Positions 33,355 to 44,946 are shown, counted from the whole stretch's first letter. The stretch is 63,749 nucleotides of DNA, filler included, from Corallochytrium limacisporum Hawaii (GCA_002811645.1; 7 parts of 7 records of this genome joined end to end with filler, not necessarily neighbours in it), one strand, 5' to 3'. Numbers and translations are program-made. Notes: generated by a model not told the origin, from the letters alone.

Positions 33355-33825
33355 TCAAGATTCGGCATGCAGTCGACTTTCGAAGCACTCAACCATAGGC
33401 TAATCTTCAAAACCACTATCAGAAACGAGACGGCAAATGAACCAGCCCAACCGGAGCAACAATGGTTCTAACACAACGCTGGCGCTCTCTTATGTTAATA
33501 TTTTTCTTCTAGTTTCCAAAATACCACGGTATACTTTTTCGCCTTATCAAACATGCACAATTTTTTCCCCAACGAATTTCCTTACCCGTTGCCTCTTATC
33601 TGTAACACAGCCAGCTTATCACTCTCGAGTGGGTACCCTGGTATTGGCAACAGCCAATGGACAGGGCTCATCTACTCTCAGTCGTTTTCCGTGGCGGTCC
33701 GTGTCCACTCGGATGTCACTCATGCCGGTTCGCGAGAGATGCATTGGTACCAAGGATTGCGGGAACCATCAGGACTGATATCGCTGTGAGTGAAAGCGCA
33801 AATATTATTTATCTATGTACCACCG

Positions 33826-34115
33826 TATCTCCTTAAAGCATGATCACAAACTATTGGTAATGTCCGTCTATTGTTATCAAATTTGATGTCCTTGGCGAGC
33901 AGAGAACCAAGTGCATGATCAGTATTGTAGGAATGACCGGATGTTCATGCACACGCAATCGTGTGATCTCTTCGATCCAAAAGGAATGCCCTAGTGAGTC
34001 ATTGTCTAGGTGGATAGTGAAGTTGAAACACCCAAAGATGCACACTCAATCAAGTTACCACTTGGGGGGGTCAATGTAGTTTCCACTACGGTCAGCACAG
34101 ACACCGTTTTGTCCC
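33826..34115. repeat. ~290-bp direct duplication (second copy 36313-36602)
   Basis: Near-identical sequence at offset 2487, covering the 3' end and 3' flank of the Cys-rich gene. Confidence 0.95.
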
Positions 34116-34471
34116 GGAGACGCCTTGCACCAGCCTCCCTTGCAGTCATAGTCATAGGTACAGCTCGCGCCGTTGTCCCAGCCATTACTACGAGGTGCAC
34201 AGTGGTTGTTAGTGCACACAGCAGACCAGCATTCGCCGTCATGTTCGCAAGGTGCGTTCATGCGCCGGAGCCCCAAAGCGTCTCCAAAATCGTGACAGGT
34301 ACCCACCGGTCCATCGTGCGCCATGCTACACGCTGCAGTGTAATTACAGCATTCCGCTCCGGTTTGGCAGGGTTCATTTTGTCCCTTGCACTCGTCAGCA
34401 AAAGTAGCGACGGGAGAGGCGGTGGCAATTCCAGAGATGGTACCGAGGGCAATGACAATGAAAGTCTTCAT
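34055..34471 (-). CDS. Secreted 138-aa, 14-Cys protein: knottin (ICK)-like module + two 4-Cys modules
   Basis: Signal peptide MKTFIVIALGTISGIATA. Cys spacing C-x6-C-x5-CC-x5-C-x10-C, then LRR, then C-x5-C-x4-C-x4-C and C-x5-C-x4-C-x9-C. TATA-like GGTATTTAAA ~134 nt upstream. Confidence 0.85.
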   Translation of the reverse strand: MKTFIVIALGTISGIATASPVATFADECKGQNEPCQTGAECCNYTAACSMAHDGPVGTCHDFGDALGLRRMNAPCEHDGECWSAVCTNNHCAPRSNGWDNGASCTYDYDCKGGWCKASPGQNGVCADRSGNYIDPPKW

Positions 34472-36541
34472 GTTGAACTTGGGATCAGGATCTTCGATCG
34501 GTAGAACGGTTTTGGAGAAGTATTTGAGTAAATGCTTTGAACTAGCAGAGTATATTCAGGCACAAAACACGCTCAGTACCGATCTACACATTTGTATTTA
34601 AATACCTTTGGCTGTCACTAAGAATTGGGTCCGCTGAGTGCGTGACTTCCCACAGTGGACACTACAATACCACGATAGGCTTTGATGCCCTCGACCTATG
34701 TATGCCTTCGCAATCAATCAAATCATCGGCATCTTGCTCGATTTAGTAGTACCGTCCAAGAGTATAGACATCCTGCGGATCTTGTTGCCCCACTGCGATG
34801 TATGCTATACGATATTAGTGCTTTCCAAGATGTGAATGGCTGGCCATTGAAGTTTTCCATGTTTGGACTACCTTTGTCCAGCAATCTTGGAGTGGCGTAG
34901 CGATGGTAGTTTGTGTCTTAGCCCTTTGTCTAGTACACTGCTGTATGTAGCACCTTGGATCCATTACGCTCTTTCCCTGCTGAGAAACACATAAGTCTTT
35001 CTGATGACACATTGAACAGGCCCAAGAGCCTGCCGCCTTTCTGCTCCGAGTACTAGAGCAGTGGTGATGTGATCCCCGAAGAGAGACTAAACGTCAGGAG
35101 ATGATGAAACATCTAAATTTCCTTTCCATAGGATTGTCACAAAAACACTGCACGGTTTTTGGTTCATGTTTGGAATCGAGCAGGAGAACGCGAGTCTGTG
35201 GATTGAAAGCGCTTTGGCTAGAGACCAACGGTACGATAGTGTGTCTCATGTTGTCGTGCCAGGCTCCAGCATAAGAACCCTTAGCTGCGAAGGACTGACG
35301 TAAACAAGGAGTGGTGGAAGATCTTAAATTACAGGATGATTTGCGTGGTGAGGTACGTCACGTTTGCAGGAGTGTTGGTGGAAGGGGATGTCCATGTACG
35401 TGCATTGCTAACCGCTTTTACCCTGGTATCCAAGTAAACATCATGAATTATGTACAAGGGTGGACCAACCTAGCTTGCTCATTTTGTCCACATAGGATGT
35501 CGGTAAGTTCATAGTGACCATTAAAGAATTTGCAGGGGGTGAATCATCAGCTGTTGATAAATAAATATGATAACAAAGATAGCTAGCCCGTCAGCGCCGT
35601 CAACGTGAACATGAGTCATTGCACAATTATACAAACAAGTGACAATTTATTCACTGTGATGCCACTGGGTTTTCACATCGCAAGTTATCTGCATAGTAAA
35701 ACATGGATGCCTCTGGAGATTTATAAAAGATGCAAAGATTGCAGTACCTACTACACCCTTGAGACTCCTGACGAATACAGCACGTCTCTGCTTGCGAGCC
35801 ACATTCCTAGTCGGATGTTTCTAATGTCCCTTAACGACGGTCCTGTTTTCTTAATCTCTTTTTGGGGAAAAGTCGTGGGGTAACTGGTAAATACCAGCGG
35901 TACCGACAGGGTGGGGAGACAAGGGAAAAGCACTACATGCCTCCTAAGGAAAACTCAGAAGTTGCACCAATATTAATACGCTGGCAGCGGCTTGGAGCTT
36001 GGAGAGATTGTGACCATCTTCAACGCTTACGGACAATTGAAACTGAAAAGCGTTTACGAAGCAAGATGGAAACACGTATCCAAGTAACTGTGAAAGAGGT
36101 TCGCGTGTGCTTGAGACGCATATACCCTGACTGTCTGTTGTTAAAGGAGTTGTAGACTCAAATCGACACTTATTAAGTACATCAACGATATTGAATTCAT
36201 CCGTTAGGAGTCGTTTGTTTGTTTTGATTTTGGTCCCGTCTAATTCTTAGTGTGGGCATGTCCATTTCTTCCGACAGCCAAGTCACAAAGAAGCCAAGTG
36301 TGGATCACAATATATCTCCTCAAAGCATGATCACAAACTATTGGTAATGTCCGTTTATTGTTATCAAATTTGATGTCCTTGGCGAGCAGAGAACCAAGTG
36401 CATGATCAGTATTGTAGGAATGACCGGATGCTTATGCACACGCAATCGTGTGATCTCTTCGATCCAAAAGGAATGCCCTAGTGAGTCATTGTCTAGGTGG
36501 ATAGTGAAGTGGAAACACCCAAAGATGCACACTCAATCAAG

Positions 36542-36602
36542 TTACCACTTGGGGGGGTCAATGTAGTTTCCACTACGGTCAGCACAGACACCGTTTTGTC
36601 CC
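36542..36602 (-). CDS. 3' end of a second tandem copy of the secreted knottin-like gene (remainder in gap)
   Basis: Encodes ...GQNGVCADRSGNYIDPPKW*, identical to the first copy, and is cut by the gap at 36603. Confidence 0.8.
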
Positions 36603-37140
36603 NNNNNNNNNNNNNNNNNNNNNNNNNNNNNNNNNNNNNNNNNNNNTTAATTAATTAANNNNNNNNNNNNNNNNNNNNNNNNNNNNNNNNNNNNNNNNNN
36701 NNGACCCTTAACCATTTTGGGGAACAAAATGCACATTCATATCCTACCACATTACCCCCTGTGAACTATGTCGTGCCCCCCCCGATCGATCTCGGAGTCG
36801 AAGGTTGCAGGCGACGATTATATACAGATATTTGCTCAGCAGAGCCAGTGAGGTATCGCCACTGGACAGTCCGATATGTATGGAAAATATGGGAGAACGG
36901 GAGGGTGCGCAATCGGGGCACAAGTTGGTCTTGCGCAAAAAGGGAATGGAATTCTACTAGTTTGGCAGGAGAAGGGTGAAAGATATCGAAAAGTTTTGGA
37001 AGTTGAGCATTCGAGCTTCTTGGTGAGGGCTATTTGAAGCCGACTGGATGGGTTCAAAAGATCAGGAAGAACTTTCTCTAGAAACGTATATGCATATATA
37101 AAGAGATACAATAGCAACTAGATAAATACAGAACAGAAAT

Positions 37141-37740
37141 ATGTCTGATGGCGAAATCACCCCGGGTGCGGCTCTTGTGATAGTATGCCTTTTATTCATA
37201 ATGCTCGTTGGCTTATGTTGGTATGTTTTGCAGCGAAGGCGTGTGCTCGAGAACGAGAGAGACAAAGCGATTTCATTCCCACCAAGATCGTCCAGAGCTG
37301 GCAGAAGATACAGGGCTACTCTCCCCCCACCGTATGCGGAACAAAGTCGAGTTTATACGGGCACAGTTGATCCTGTTACCGGGGAGATTAACGCCACAGC
37401 TGGACACTTTATCGCACCCATTTATCGGGCGAAGAACTCTCCATTGGCCATGCATAATGTTAGGGGCAGTGGCATGTACACCGATTCAGATGCACCGGGA
37501 GCATACATCGTGCAGAACTCTAGCATTGGTGGGTACCCGTTGGCTCCCTTGGATGCCGCTTGTGTTGACTTGCCACCATCCTATACCGAACGCAGTGGTG
37601 GTCCCATTGCTGAAGTCAACACTGCGACCGCACAGGTCTGTAGTACCGAAGAAGAAGCATCAGACAGATCAGAAATCTATCGACCAACAGAGGGGTCCCT
37701 GACAGTACTCTCTGGTGCTCTTGGGAATCGACAGACTTAA
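37141..37740 (+). CDS. Single-pass membrane protein with two PPxY motifs (Rcr1/WBP1-like WW-ligase adaptor architecture)
   Basis: N-terminal TM ALVIVCLLFIMLVGLCWYVL followed by QRRR. LPPPY and LPPSY in the cytosolic tail. TATATAAAG at ~37095. Confidence 0.8.
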   Translation: MSDGEITPGAALVIVCLLFIMLVGLCWYVLQRRRVLENERDKAISFPPRSSRAGRRYRATLPPPYAEQSRVYTGTVDPVTGEINATAGHFIAPIYRAKNSPLAMHNVRGSGMYTDSDAPGAYIVQNSSIGGYPLAPLDAACVDLPPSYTERSGGPIAEVNTATAQVCSTEEEASDRSEIYRPTEGSLTVLSGALGNRQT

Positions 37741-38390
37741 AAAATAAACACAACGTTCATTTGTATCCACAGCGAATGAGGTATGAGGAAGTCATTGTTT
37801 ATGATATTCGCAGCTCCTTTGAAAGTCGGAGTAAAGGAAAATTTCGCAGTCACTTACACACGGTCATTCTGAACGGTGCAAGCAGGTTAGCACGTTGCTG
37901 TGTCTCGCCATCACCCTGCATGCCGTTGCATCCCTATCTGTCCCACAGAGAACCTTCACTTCAAATCCCCGCTTAGCTCCCTGCGTCGATTCCCTGCCAA
38001 TTTTGGCACCATCGAGACCCGTCTATCTCCTACCAGGTGGGTACGCAAATCATAATGGGCAAAATAAATTCCCGGCTGCATGAGCCGTTGGAAACGTTGT
38101 TACATTGCGTCGGCAGTGCACTTCTAGAAGACCTGGAGGCACTACACGATGGCGTCTCTGGTGAATGTCTGGTAAGTTCTGTTTTCAAGTTGGGCACCTG
38201 AAGATAAATCTCCTCTCGTCTGACGCAATGGTCATCTTTCCATTGACTCCATATTATCGAGAAATACGAAGGCACATTGGTACTTTTCCATTGGCATTCA
38301 TACACCTGTCGAACCAGTTGCTCACATAAATACAGTGCATTTATTCTTTTCTGTTGAGTTCAGGTCAAAGGAAATTGGAATAAAACTCTT

Positions 38391-39698
38391 TCAGGGCATA
38401 TAATATGGCGGTGCAGAAGTACTAGGAGTAGACGGGTCCTGGGTGCCCGTGGAACCGACACCATCACTTGTCCCTGCCCCGCCGCGGCCGACAAACGGAG
38501 GTGCGTTCATTGAATCTTTCATGTGCAGGGCTGCTTCCTCCCTCTTTCTTTGAGCAACTGTCATTACCGATCCCGCCTCGTCAGAGCTAGTGTACGCATT
38601 TTGAACCTGTGCAACTGTGTAGGTAATACCCCCGTTCTGCAGGGCATGCTCCATAAGTTGTCGCCGATGTGCATCTAAATGTGTTTTGGTACTGTTATAC
38701 TGGAGAGCAAAGGACTGCATGGCGGGGTTAATGCTGTTGTTCAGTTGGAGTTGCACCCAAGACAAGGCATCTTGGATCGCTGTAGCACTTTGCTTTAGCA
38801 GCTGAACACTTTTTTCAATCTCCATATGGGAGCTGTCCCTGTATCTAAAGGGATCGGTCACCGCATCAAGTGCCGCAAGCACTTGTTTATCAGACGCCGA
38901 ACTCATGGGAGCCAGGTCAGGCACGGCACCTCTGGCCTTATTGTAAAGCAACGTGGACTGTTGGCTTGGTGCACGTGCTCGCCTCAGATAAGTCGTCCTG
39001 CCAATGCTATAGCTAGAACTAGTATTTCTATTTACCAGTCTGATCTCGCTCCAACGGAGGGCGGTCTCTACGTCTTGCAGAGCCGCTTGGCAGGTCTTAT
39101 TGGCCTGCTGGAGAAGGTTGCGGGCTCCCTCGTAACGCTCCTTATTGGCGTTGACAGCCGTCAGAAGCGGCCCGATCCGGAGGACCTCCTCTTCAAGTTG
39201 ATTTTCTTTGGCATCACCGGCACCACCTCGACCCCGAAAGATACGCTCTAGCATCTCTGCTTCTTCTTTCTTGAGGTACTCCAATCTAGAGACTGCTTTC
39301 TTGATATCGAAGTAGATCCTTTCCCCCTCTAACAGATCTGTCCGGAGCATGGTAGCTTCGGCTTCCTGATTAGTACAAACTACTTGTAGATGACCAATTT
39401 CAGATTCAAGAGTTCTCTTCTGAGCGCCTAGGCCTCCGGCTTTCATCCGGGCACCGAGACGCTTAGTGAAGCTGCTCTGCAACTCGTCCAATTTTCGCTC
39501 AAGGGTTTTCTTGTCGGCCTGATTGTGTGCCAGAGAGCTCTTTAGCGGCTGTAATTCAGCATTGATGGAACGACATTTTTCAAGCTGAATATCCTGTAGA
39601 ACTTCTACATTGTCCGCGCCAAGCTGTAGGATCTCTTTTGTGATCTTATCAAATTGCAGTAGGTCACTCTGAGCGATTGTCCCTGAATGAGCTGCCAT
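38391..39698 (-). CDS. Uncharacterised 435-aa alpha-helical/coiled-coil protein with low-complexity tail ending APPYYMP
   Basis: Long ORF with heptad-like E/K/L/Q/A composition. No catalytic motif recognised. Confidence 0.8.
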   Translation of the reverse strand: MAAHSGTIAQSDLLQFDKITKEILQLGADNVEVLQDIQLEKCRSINAELQPLKSSLAHNQADKKTLERKLDELQSSFTKRLGARMKAGGLGAQKRTLESEIGHLQVVCTNQEAEATMLRTDLLEGERIYFDIKKAVSRLEYLKKEEAEMLERIFRGRGGAGDAKENQLEEEVLRIGPLLTAVNANKERYEGARNLLQQANKTCQAALQDVETALRWSEIRLVNRNTSSSYSIGRTTYLRRARAPSQQSTLLYNKARGAVPDLAPMSSASDKQVLAALDAVTDPFRYRDSSHMEIEKSVQLLKQSATAIQDALSWVQLQLNNSINPAMQSFALQYNSTKTHLDAHRRQLMEHALQNGGITYTVAQVQNAYTSSDEAGSVMTVAQRKREEAALHMKDSMNAPPFVGRGGAGTSDGVGSTGTQDPSTPSTSAPPYYMP

Positions 39699-41492
39699 CT
39701 CCGTACTTTCTTAATAGTATAAAGCATCCATACACCGATACTAGTTAGGCTTTGAAGTTTTCCGGCCCCAGGTGTTATGATTGAGAATTCGAAAACAATG
39801 CTGAAGAAATAGGTTTCGCTACACTGTATTTTGAAACCCTCTGCTTACTATTCGAATGATGCCACTGCCTCATTAAGTTGAACTGCGTTCCGGCACATCC
39901 TCCGCAGCCCTCCCCCTCCCCGAATTCGTGGATGGAAGGTCCACTGCGATCCATCGGCTAGAAGACCCGTCAACAGCACACCCAGATATTAGTGGGCAGA
40001 AATGAGATTTTGTGTAGGGTGACGTAATCCTTCACATTCTGAATCAATTTTTGTCTACGGCGCTCTCACAACAGTTTCTGTACATTAAGCACCGTTCTTG
40101 GTGGCGCATTGGTTGCAAAGCTGAAGTAGTCAGGAAAAGTGTAAGTGGCAGTAAGGCACCACTACACAGCGACAGCTAAAGGCCCCAAAAATTCTGTCCC
40201 CTTTTTTCTATTGTTCCTCTAATTGAGGTACCAGACTATTATATACGTATAGAAATTACATTACTCTCGATTGCTTGTAGGTGATATCAGGAATGCGTCT
40301 TAAAATATGACTCCCACCGTGGAAGGATCGAGACTGTCAGCGCATAGCACACTCACTCGACGAGCCTGCATAGTTCACTCGGTCATTCGTCTCCCAATCT
40401 TCTGTTCTCCCTTTTCAGCACAAAACTGCGTGCATCGATGGTGCCGGATACCAGGACATTGAAACCAGCAAGGACGACCAACATGGTGAAACTCTCAATA
40501 TTCTTCAGGTGAGAAATAAGCCCCCGTGCCGACAGGGAGGCCCCGTGGTCTTAAAACCGGGTGTCAAAGGTCGTCACAGTTTTCACCATGTTGCCCATTG
40601 GGACTCCGAACAGCCCACCCGACCCCGCTCCCCACCTCACTACTGGAATGCTTCTGAGCAATTAGTACGCTCTCCCGCAATGGCAGTCCGGACCTCATTT
40701 GTACTCTTCACTGTCAGATTTCCAAGTATCTGTAGGGGACCTATGACACTAGGTTTCTTAGATACAAATCTTATCCTCTCCCTATTTTCTACATGCTTGT
40801 AACGAAGGCTGCAAATTTTGGAGTGTTACAAGTACCATATGACGAGTTTGTGTAACTGATGGCGCCGACCAGGTGTTGGACAACAGTAAGAATTCATGAG
40901 TGTCACAAACCCGAATGAGCAACTCAGAAGCTGTCTGTTGCACGGTGCTAACAACCATCGTGATCACCCGCGCTGCGCGTGCGCACTGCGTTTCTCCATC
41001 TGGTGCAGTGGAATCTATACGCAGAGTGGAATGGAGAATCCCATGGATGTCCCCGCTGAAACCTTGGAGATTCTTTGATACCTTGCATACATAGGAATTC
41101 ATGCAGGGCAGTGCCAACAAGGGGTAAACTGTCGACATGGAAATAGTCGGCTACCTTTTTGTGTCATTAGTGTCCTTTTGTACCATTCCTACGCTTTAGA
41201 TGTGTTGTTCACGGCGTGTGTGTCTTACACAAGTTTTGAGGTACAAAGGTACGTTCCAGAGGATTCTCAGAGGCCTCTCTGCTTACCCGAACGAACGAAG
41301 TGGGATAATTGATAGAAATACCATATGTCTCAAACGAGGTTTAAGGAATTCATAGATGATATACGACAACAAGATTCAAACAGATAGTGTCGACTTACAT
41401 GCTACATGCGTACAGAAGACTGCAACGGATTCTGGGCTGCAAGCTTATATAGGCTCGCTGATAGCACCCTTTATGAATACCCTTTTCTCAGT

Positions 41493-42195
41493 CAGATGGA
41501 ATCCAGTGCGATTTGCACCAAGAAGATATGTGTAAACGGTGCAGATCTGTCAGTTACAGAATAGTTGTATGATTTTCCTTTGCTCCGTCAGATGGAATCC
41601 AGTGCGATTTGCACCAAGAAGATATGTGTAAACGGTGCAGATCTGTCAGTTACAGAATAGTTGTATGATTTTCCTTTGCTCCGTCAGATGGAATCCAGTG
41701 CGATTTGCACCAAGAAGATATGTGTAAACGGTGCAGATCTGTCAGTTACAGAATAGTTGTATGATTTTCCTTTGCTCCGTCAGATGGAATCCAGTGCGAT
41801 TTGCACCAAGAAGATATGTGTAAACGGTGCAGATCTGTCAGTTACAGAATAGTTGTATGATTTTCCTTTNNNNNNNNNNNNNNNNNNNNNNNNNNNNNNN
41901 NNNNNNNNNNNNNNNNNNNNNNNNNNNNNNNNNNNNNNNNNNNNNNNNNNNNNNNNNNNNNNNNNNNNNNNNNNNNNNNNNNNNNNNNNNNNNNNNNNNN
42001 NNNNNNNNNNNNNNNNNNNNNNCAGATGGAATCCAGTGCGATTTGCACCAAGAAGATATGTGTAAACGGTGCAGATCTGTCAGTTACAGAATAGTTGTAT
42101 GGTTTTCCTTTGCTCCGTCAGATGGAATCTCCTGCGATTTGCACGAAGAAGATATGTGTACATGGTGCAGATCTGTCGGTGACAGACTAGTTTGG
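41493..42195. repeat. 96-bp tandem repeat array (at least 6 units, internal N gap)
   Basis: Units begin at 41493, 41589, 41685, 41781, 42023 and 42119 (the last is diverged and partial). No spacers. Confidence 0.95.
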
Positions 42196-42423
42196 AGGAT
42201 GTGCAGTGGTATGACGATTGAGGAGACCGAAGGTATGCCTGATGGTGCAACTGGACGGGAGAAGAGAGAACTGTACTGCGCACCGCTAATTGGTGCAGAA
42301 TGCATCCAGTGCTGAGCCAATATTTCCAAATTAGCATCCCTGACCACAGGCCAGGCGTACCTGAGCAAATCGACAGAGGTTGAGGAGCCCAGATGCGGAC
42401 TACCTAGGTAGACAAACATCTGA

Positions 42424-42927
42424 TTGCCCGCGCTTTATTCCCTGTTGAATGCCATGAAACTGTTGGGTCTCCCATTCAAATTGGAAATGAGCAGACATCG
42501 TCCTCGTCCTTCAAGCACTCCGGCACCCACTGAGGAATCCGAGAAAGGGAACAAGAATGGGCACTTTGAACCAGAAAATCCGCTGGAGTTTACAGACTAT
42601 GTCATTGATCAATCTTCCTGCAGTTCAAGGTTGTGCAGAGGACAAGAATTGGTCACTATGGAGTTCTCTACGCATGTAAAGCAGATTACGTTTCCGAGAG
42701 CGTACACGAACTTTGGCGGAACCCTTACGAAAGCCATGCGTTACATCGATACCCGTCATCTCCGTCGGCTCAGTAATGGTGCGGATACTCAGAGTAGTGT
42801 TTCCGTAATGGGTACGTCCCACTCGTCATTCTGTTTTTATTCAGGGTTCTACCTCATTTGGTCGCATTCTTGTTCACTTGCACCACGAGTTTCAAAGTTC
42901 TCTTTATTGGCTTGGGGAGAAATGTAA
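42424..42927 (+). pseudogene. Possible degenerate von Willebrand factor A (vWA) domain fragment
   Basis: Collinear but compressed motifs: DYVIDQSSCS (D-x-S-x-S-like), LVTMEFSTHV, GGTLTKAMRYI. No TDG motif. Weak. Confidence 0.2.
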
Positions 42928-43332
42928 GTGTGCCCGTGAAGTTTTGCTTTACGGTAAGAACTGACAACAAGGCTGATTTGCTCACACCGGCATCCCCCTA
43001 CCAGAAGTGGTAGTTTTCACCTGTGCAAGACCGGTCAGAGATAGTTGTCGGTACATCATACTACCGCTATACGCCCGGCTATGCGTACTGAATGGCCGGG
43101 TCGTGGTTGGTATGGGGAAGGGGAGGAGGACCCCGCAAGAGGAGTGAGAAAGAGAGCAGCGGCACCGAACTGTCTGTGCCGCTTGGGCAAGCAGCAGTTC
43201 AAAGGGGGTACAATTAAATGTCTGGCCTGGGCTATCATTGGGTGGCTAGTACGTTCACGTGACAATGTTGAACGTGAGAAGATGCGAAGTTGAACGTATT
43301 CACATTCGCCCTCAGGTTGGGTGCGCCCGTAG

Positions 43333-43343
43333 GTACTTAAAGG
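43333..43343 (+). promoter_or_regulatory. GTACTTAAAGG TATA-variant element
   Basis: The same 11-mer occurs at 53832-53842 (+) and 54898-54908 (-), each in sense orientation 115-156 nt upstream of a start codon. Confidence 0.6.
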
Positions 43344-43488
43344 CGATCCGAATCTATGAACGCAGGAAAGATCCGTCAAATACCAATCATTTGGTAGTTC
43401 TATAAGACACAAACTGGTGTCTTTACTCTTACTGCTTTTATCCTTAATCTGAGTGCGTACCCCCCCCCCTCCCGGGAACATTATCGAG

Positions 43489-44946
43489 ATGATGCTGAGC
43501 ATGCAAACATCTCTTGCCTTGTTGGCGACTATTCTTGTCGCGGAGGCTGCACCCGCGACGAATTTGCGAAGGCAGGCGCCAGCCCCGGAATGTCCCGCAC
43601 TGGCGGGGGCCGTGCCGACCAATATCTGGGACATTCGTCACAATGCTGCTTTATACGAGAGTGTTTCAAAGGGGATTTTGGACATATCTCCGGTAGCGAT
43701 GTTGGTTAACACCCTAAACACCGACTTGGAGGCACACATGGTGGGCAGGATGGGTAACTTCGAAGCAGTTGATAGGGAAGGTGCAGCTCATCCCTTTGCT
43801 TCCATGCTCTACAAGCTCAATGCGCTCACTGCTCCAATTCTCATGGCACCTTACTTTGTCCAAAACTCTGAGAAGAACAGTGCGGCTTGGGACGCGTGGT
43901 GGAATGCGCTGCAAGAGCTGACCCCCGCCGGTGAGTTAGAGGCTTACTGTCATCCCGATGCCCAGGACCCGTCATACGTGCCTCGGACGGTTGCCTTTCC
44001 GCTCGTTAACATCAACAACGAACCTCTCAACGCTCAGTACAGTGGCCAGACCACTGGAGAGCACGCTACTTCTATTGTTTGGGACGTAAGGTCAGGTGCG
44101 GTCCCCATTGCACAAGATATGTGGAGCTTCCGAAACCTCCAAAATCAGTGCCAGTACTTTAATGAACGTTCCTTTAGTGAGACCTTCGTCGAAGTCACGC
44201 AGTCTACGCCAGGGGGCCGATATGTTGACGCCTCAATCGCTTCAGAAGGGGTAGAGCTCAGTGGCCCTGCTAGCAATGGATTCCTTAACATGGATGAAGA
44301 GACATCAAGTGCAATCCTCTATGGTGTGGAACAAACTGCAGCGCGGTCCACAATTCAAGGAAATCCTCAGAGTGAGGGTTCTCAAGTGCAAATCGAGTTT
44401 GACGCTTCCTTCGCCTTCCGTCCGAATACCGTCACCACTGTGACCACATGGATCGACCAAACACATGCAGACATCTCTTTCACCGGGGATGTGACGTATG
44501 ATGCTGCTGCCACCGGCATACAAGCTTGGATCCAAGGAAATGGCATGGTCCAGCTGGGTGATGCCAGCGAGATTACTACCCTGCTTTCCAATAACAAACT
44601 CACCACCCCAGATCAGATCAGAAACGTGGCCGAACTAGCCATGAATGCGATCGGTGCTGAGTGGTCCGAAACTTTTCTGAACAGCCTGGTTTCCTCTAGT
44701 GTGATTGGCGCTGCACACTCTAGGGTCGGTAGGAACATGTATGTCGAGATCTGGGAGTGTGACGCAAACGGTGTTGAAGTATGCAATGAGGCAGCTGCTG
44801 AGGCACATCCACCGTCGACTGACCTTTGCAATGGCCGCCGAGCTATGGAAATTGAGTCTGACTGCCACACTCTAGAACCGGTTGACGGCCACAGCAACCG
44901 CTGGCTTGTCCTCAATAACTGTGACGGCCTAGATCAAGCCAACTAG
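43489..44946 (+). CDS. Secreted ~485-aa protein, candidate ETX/MTX2 (aerolysin-like) beta-pore-forming protein
   Basis: Signal peptide MQTSLALLATILVAEA and propeptide ending LRR|Q. Collinear aerolysin-core-like segments: SFRNLQNQCQYFNERSFSETF, a S/T/G-rich amphipathic stretch, FRPNTVTTVTTWIDQTHADISFTGDV, VIGAAHSRVGRNMYVEIWE. The CDS is secure; the family call is tentative (~0.55). Start could be 43489, 43492 or 43501. Confidence 0.75.
   Translation: MMLSMQTSLALLATILVAEAAPATNLRRQAPAPECPALAGAVPTNIWDIRHNAALYESVSKGILDISPVAMLVNTLNTDLEAHMVGRMGNFEAVDREGAAHPFASMLYKLNALTAPILMAPYFVQNSEKNSAAWDAWWNALQELTPAGELEAYCHPDAQDPSYVPRTVAFPLVNINNEPLNAQYSGQTTGEHATSIVWDVRSGAVPIAQDMWSFRNLQNQCQYFNERSFSETFVEVTQSTPGGRYVDASIASEGVELSGPASNGFLNMDEETSSAILYGVEQTAARSTIQGNPQSEGSQVQIEFDASFAFRPNTVTTVTTWIDQTHADISFTGDVTYDAAATGIQAWIQGNGMVQLGDASEITTLLSNNKLTTPDQIRNVAELAMNAIGAEWSETFLNSLVSSSVIGAAHSRVGRNMYVEIWECDANGVEVCNEAAAEAHPPSTDLCNGRRAMEIESDCHTLEPVDGHSNRWLVLNNCDGLDQAN

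Noticed and set aside
34010-34504. 164-aa plus-strand ORF
   Set aside because: Antisense to the much better supported signal-peptide, Cys-rich gene.
35605-36155. Possible transposon or pseudogene remnants between the duplicated knottin genes (also 26.4-28.2 and 47.5-48.0 kb)
   Set aside because: No transposase/RT motif, terminal repeat or target-site duplication could be identified by eye.
41493-42195. CRISPR-like array
   Set aside because: Units are contiguous 96-bp tandem copies with no unique spacers, the context is eukaryotic and there are no cas genes.
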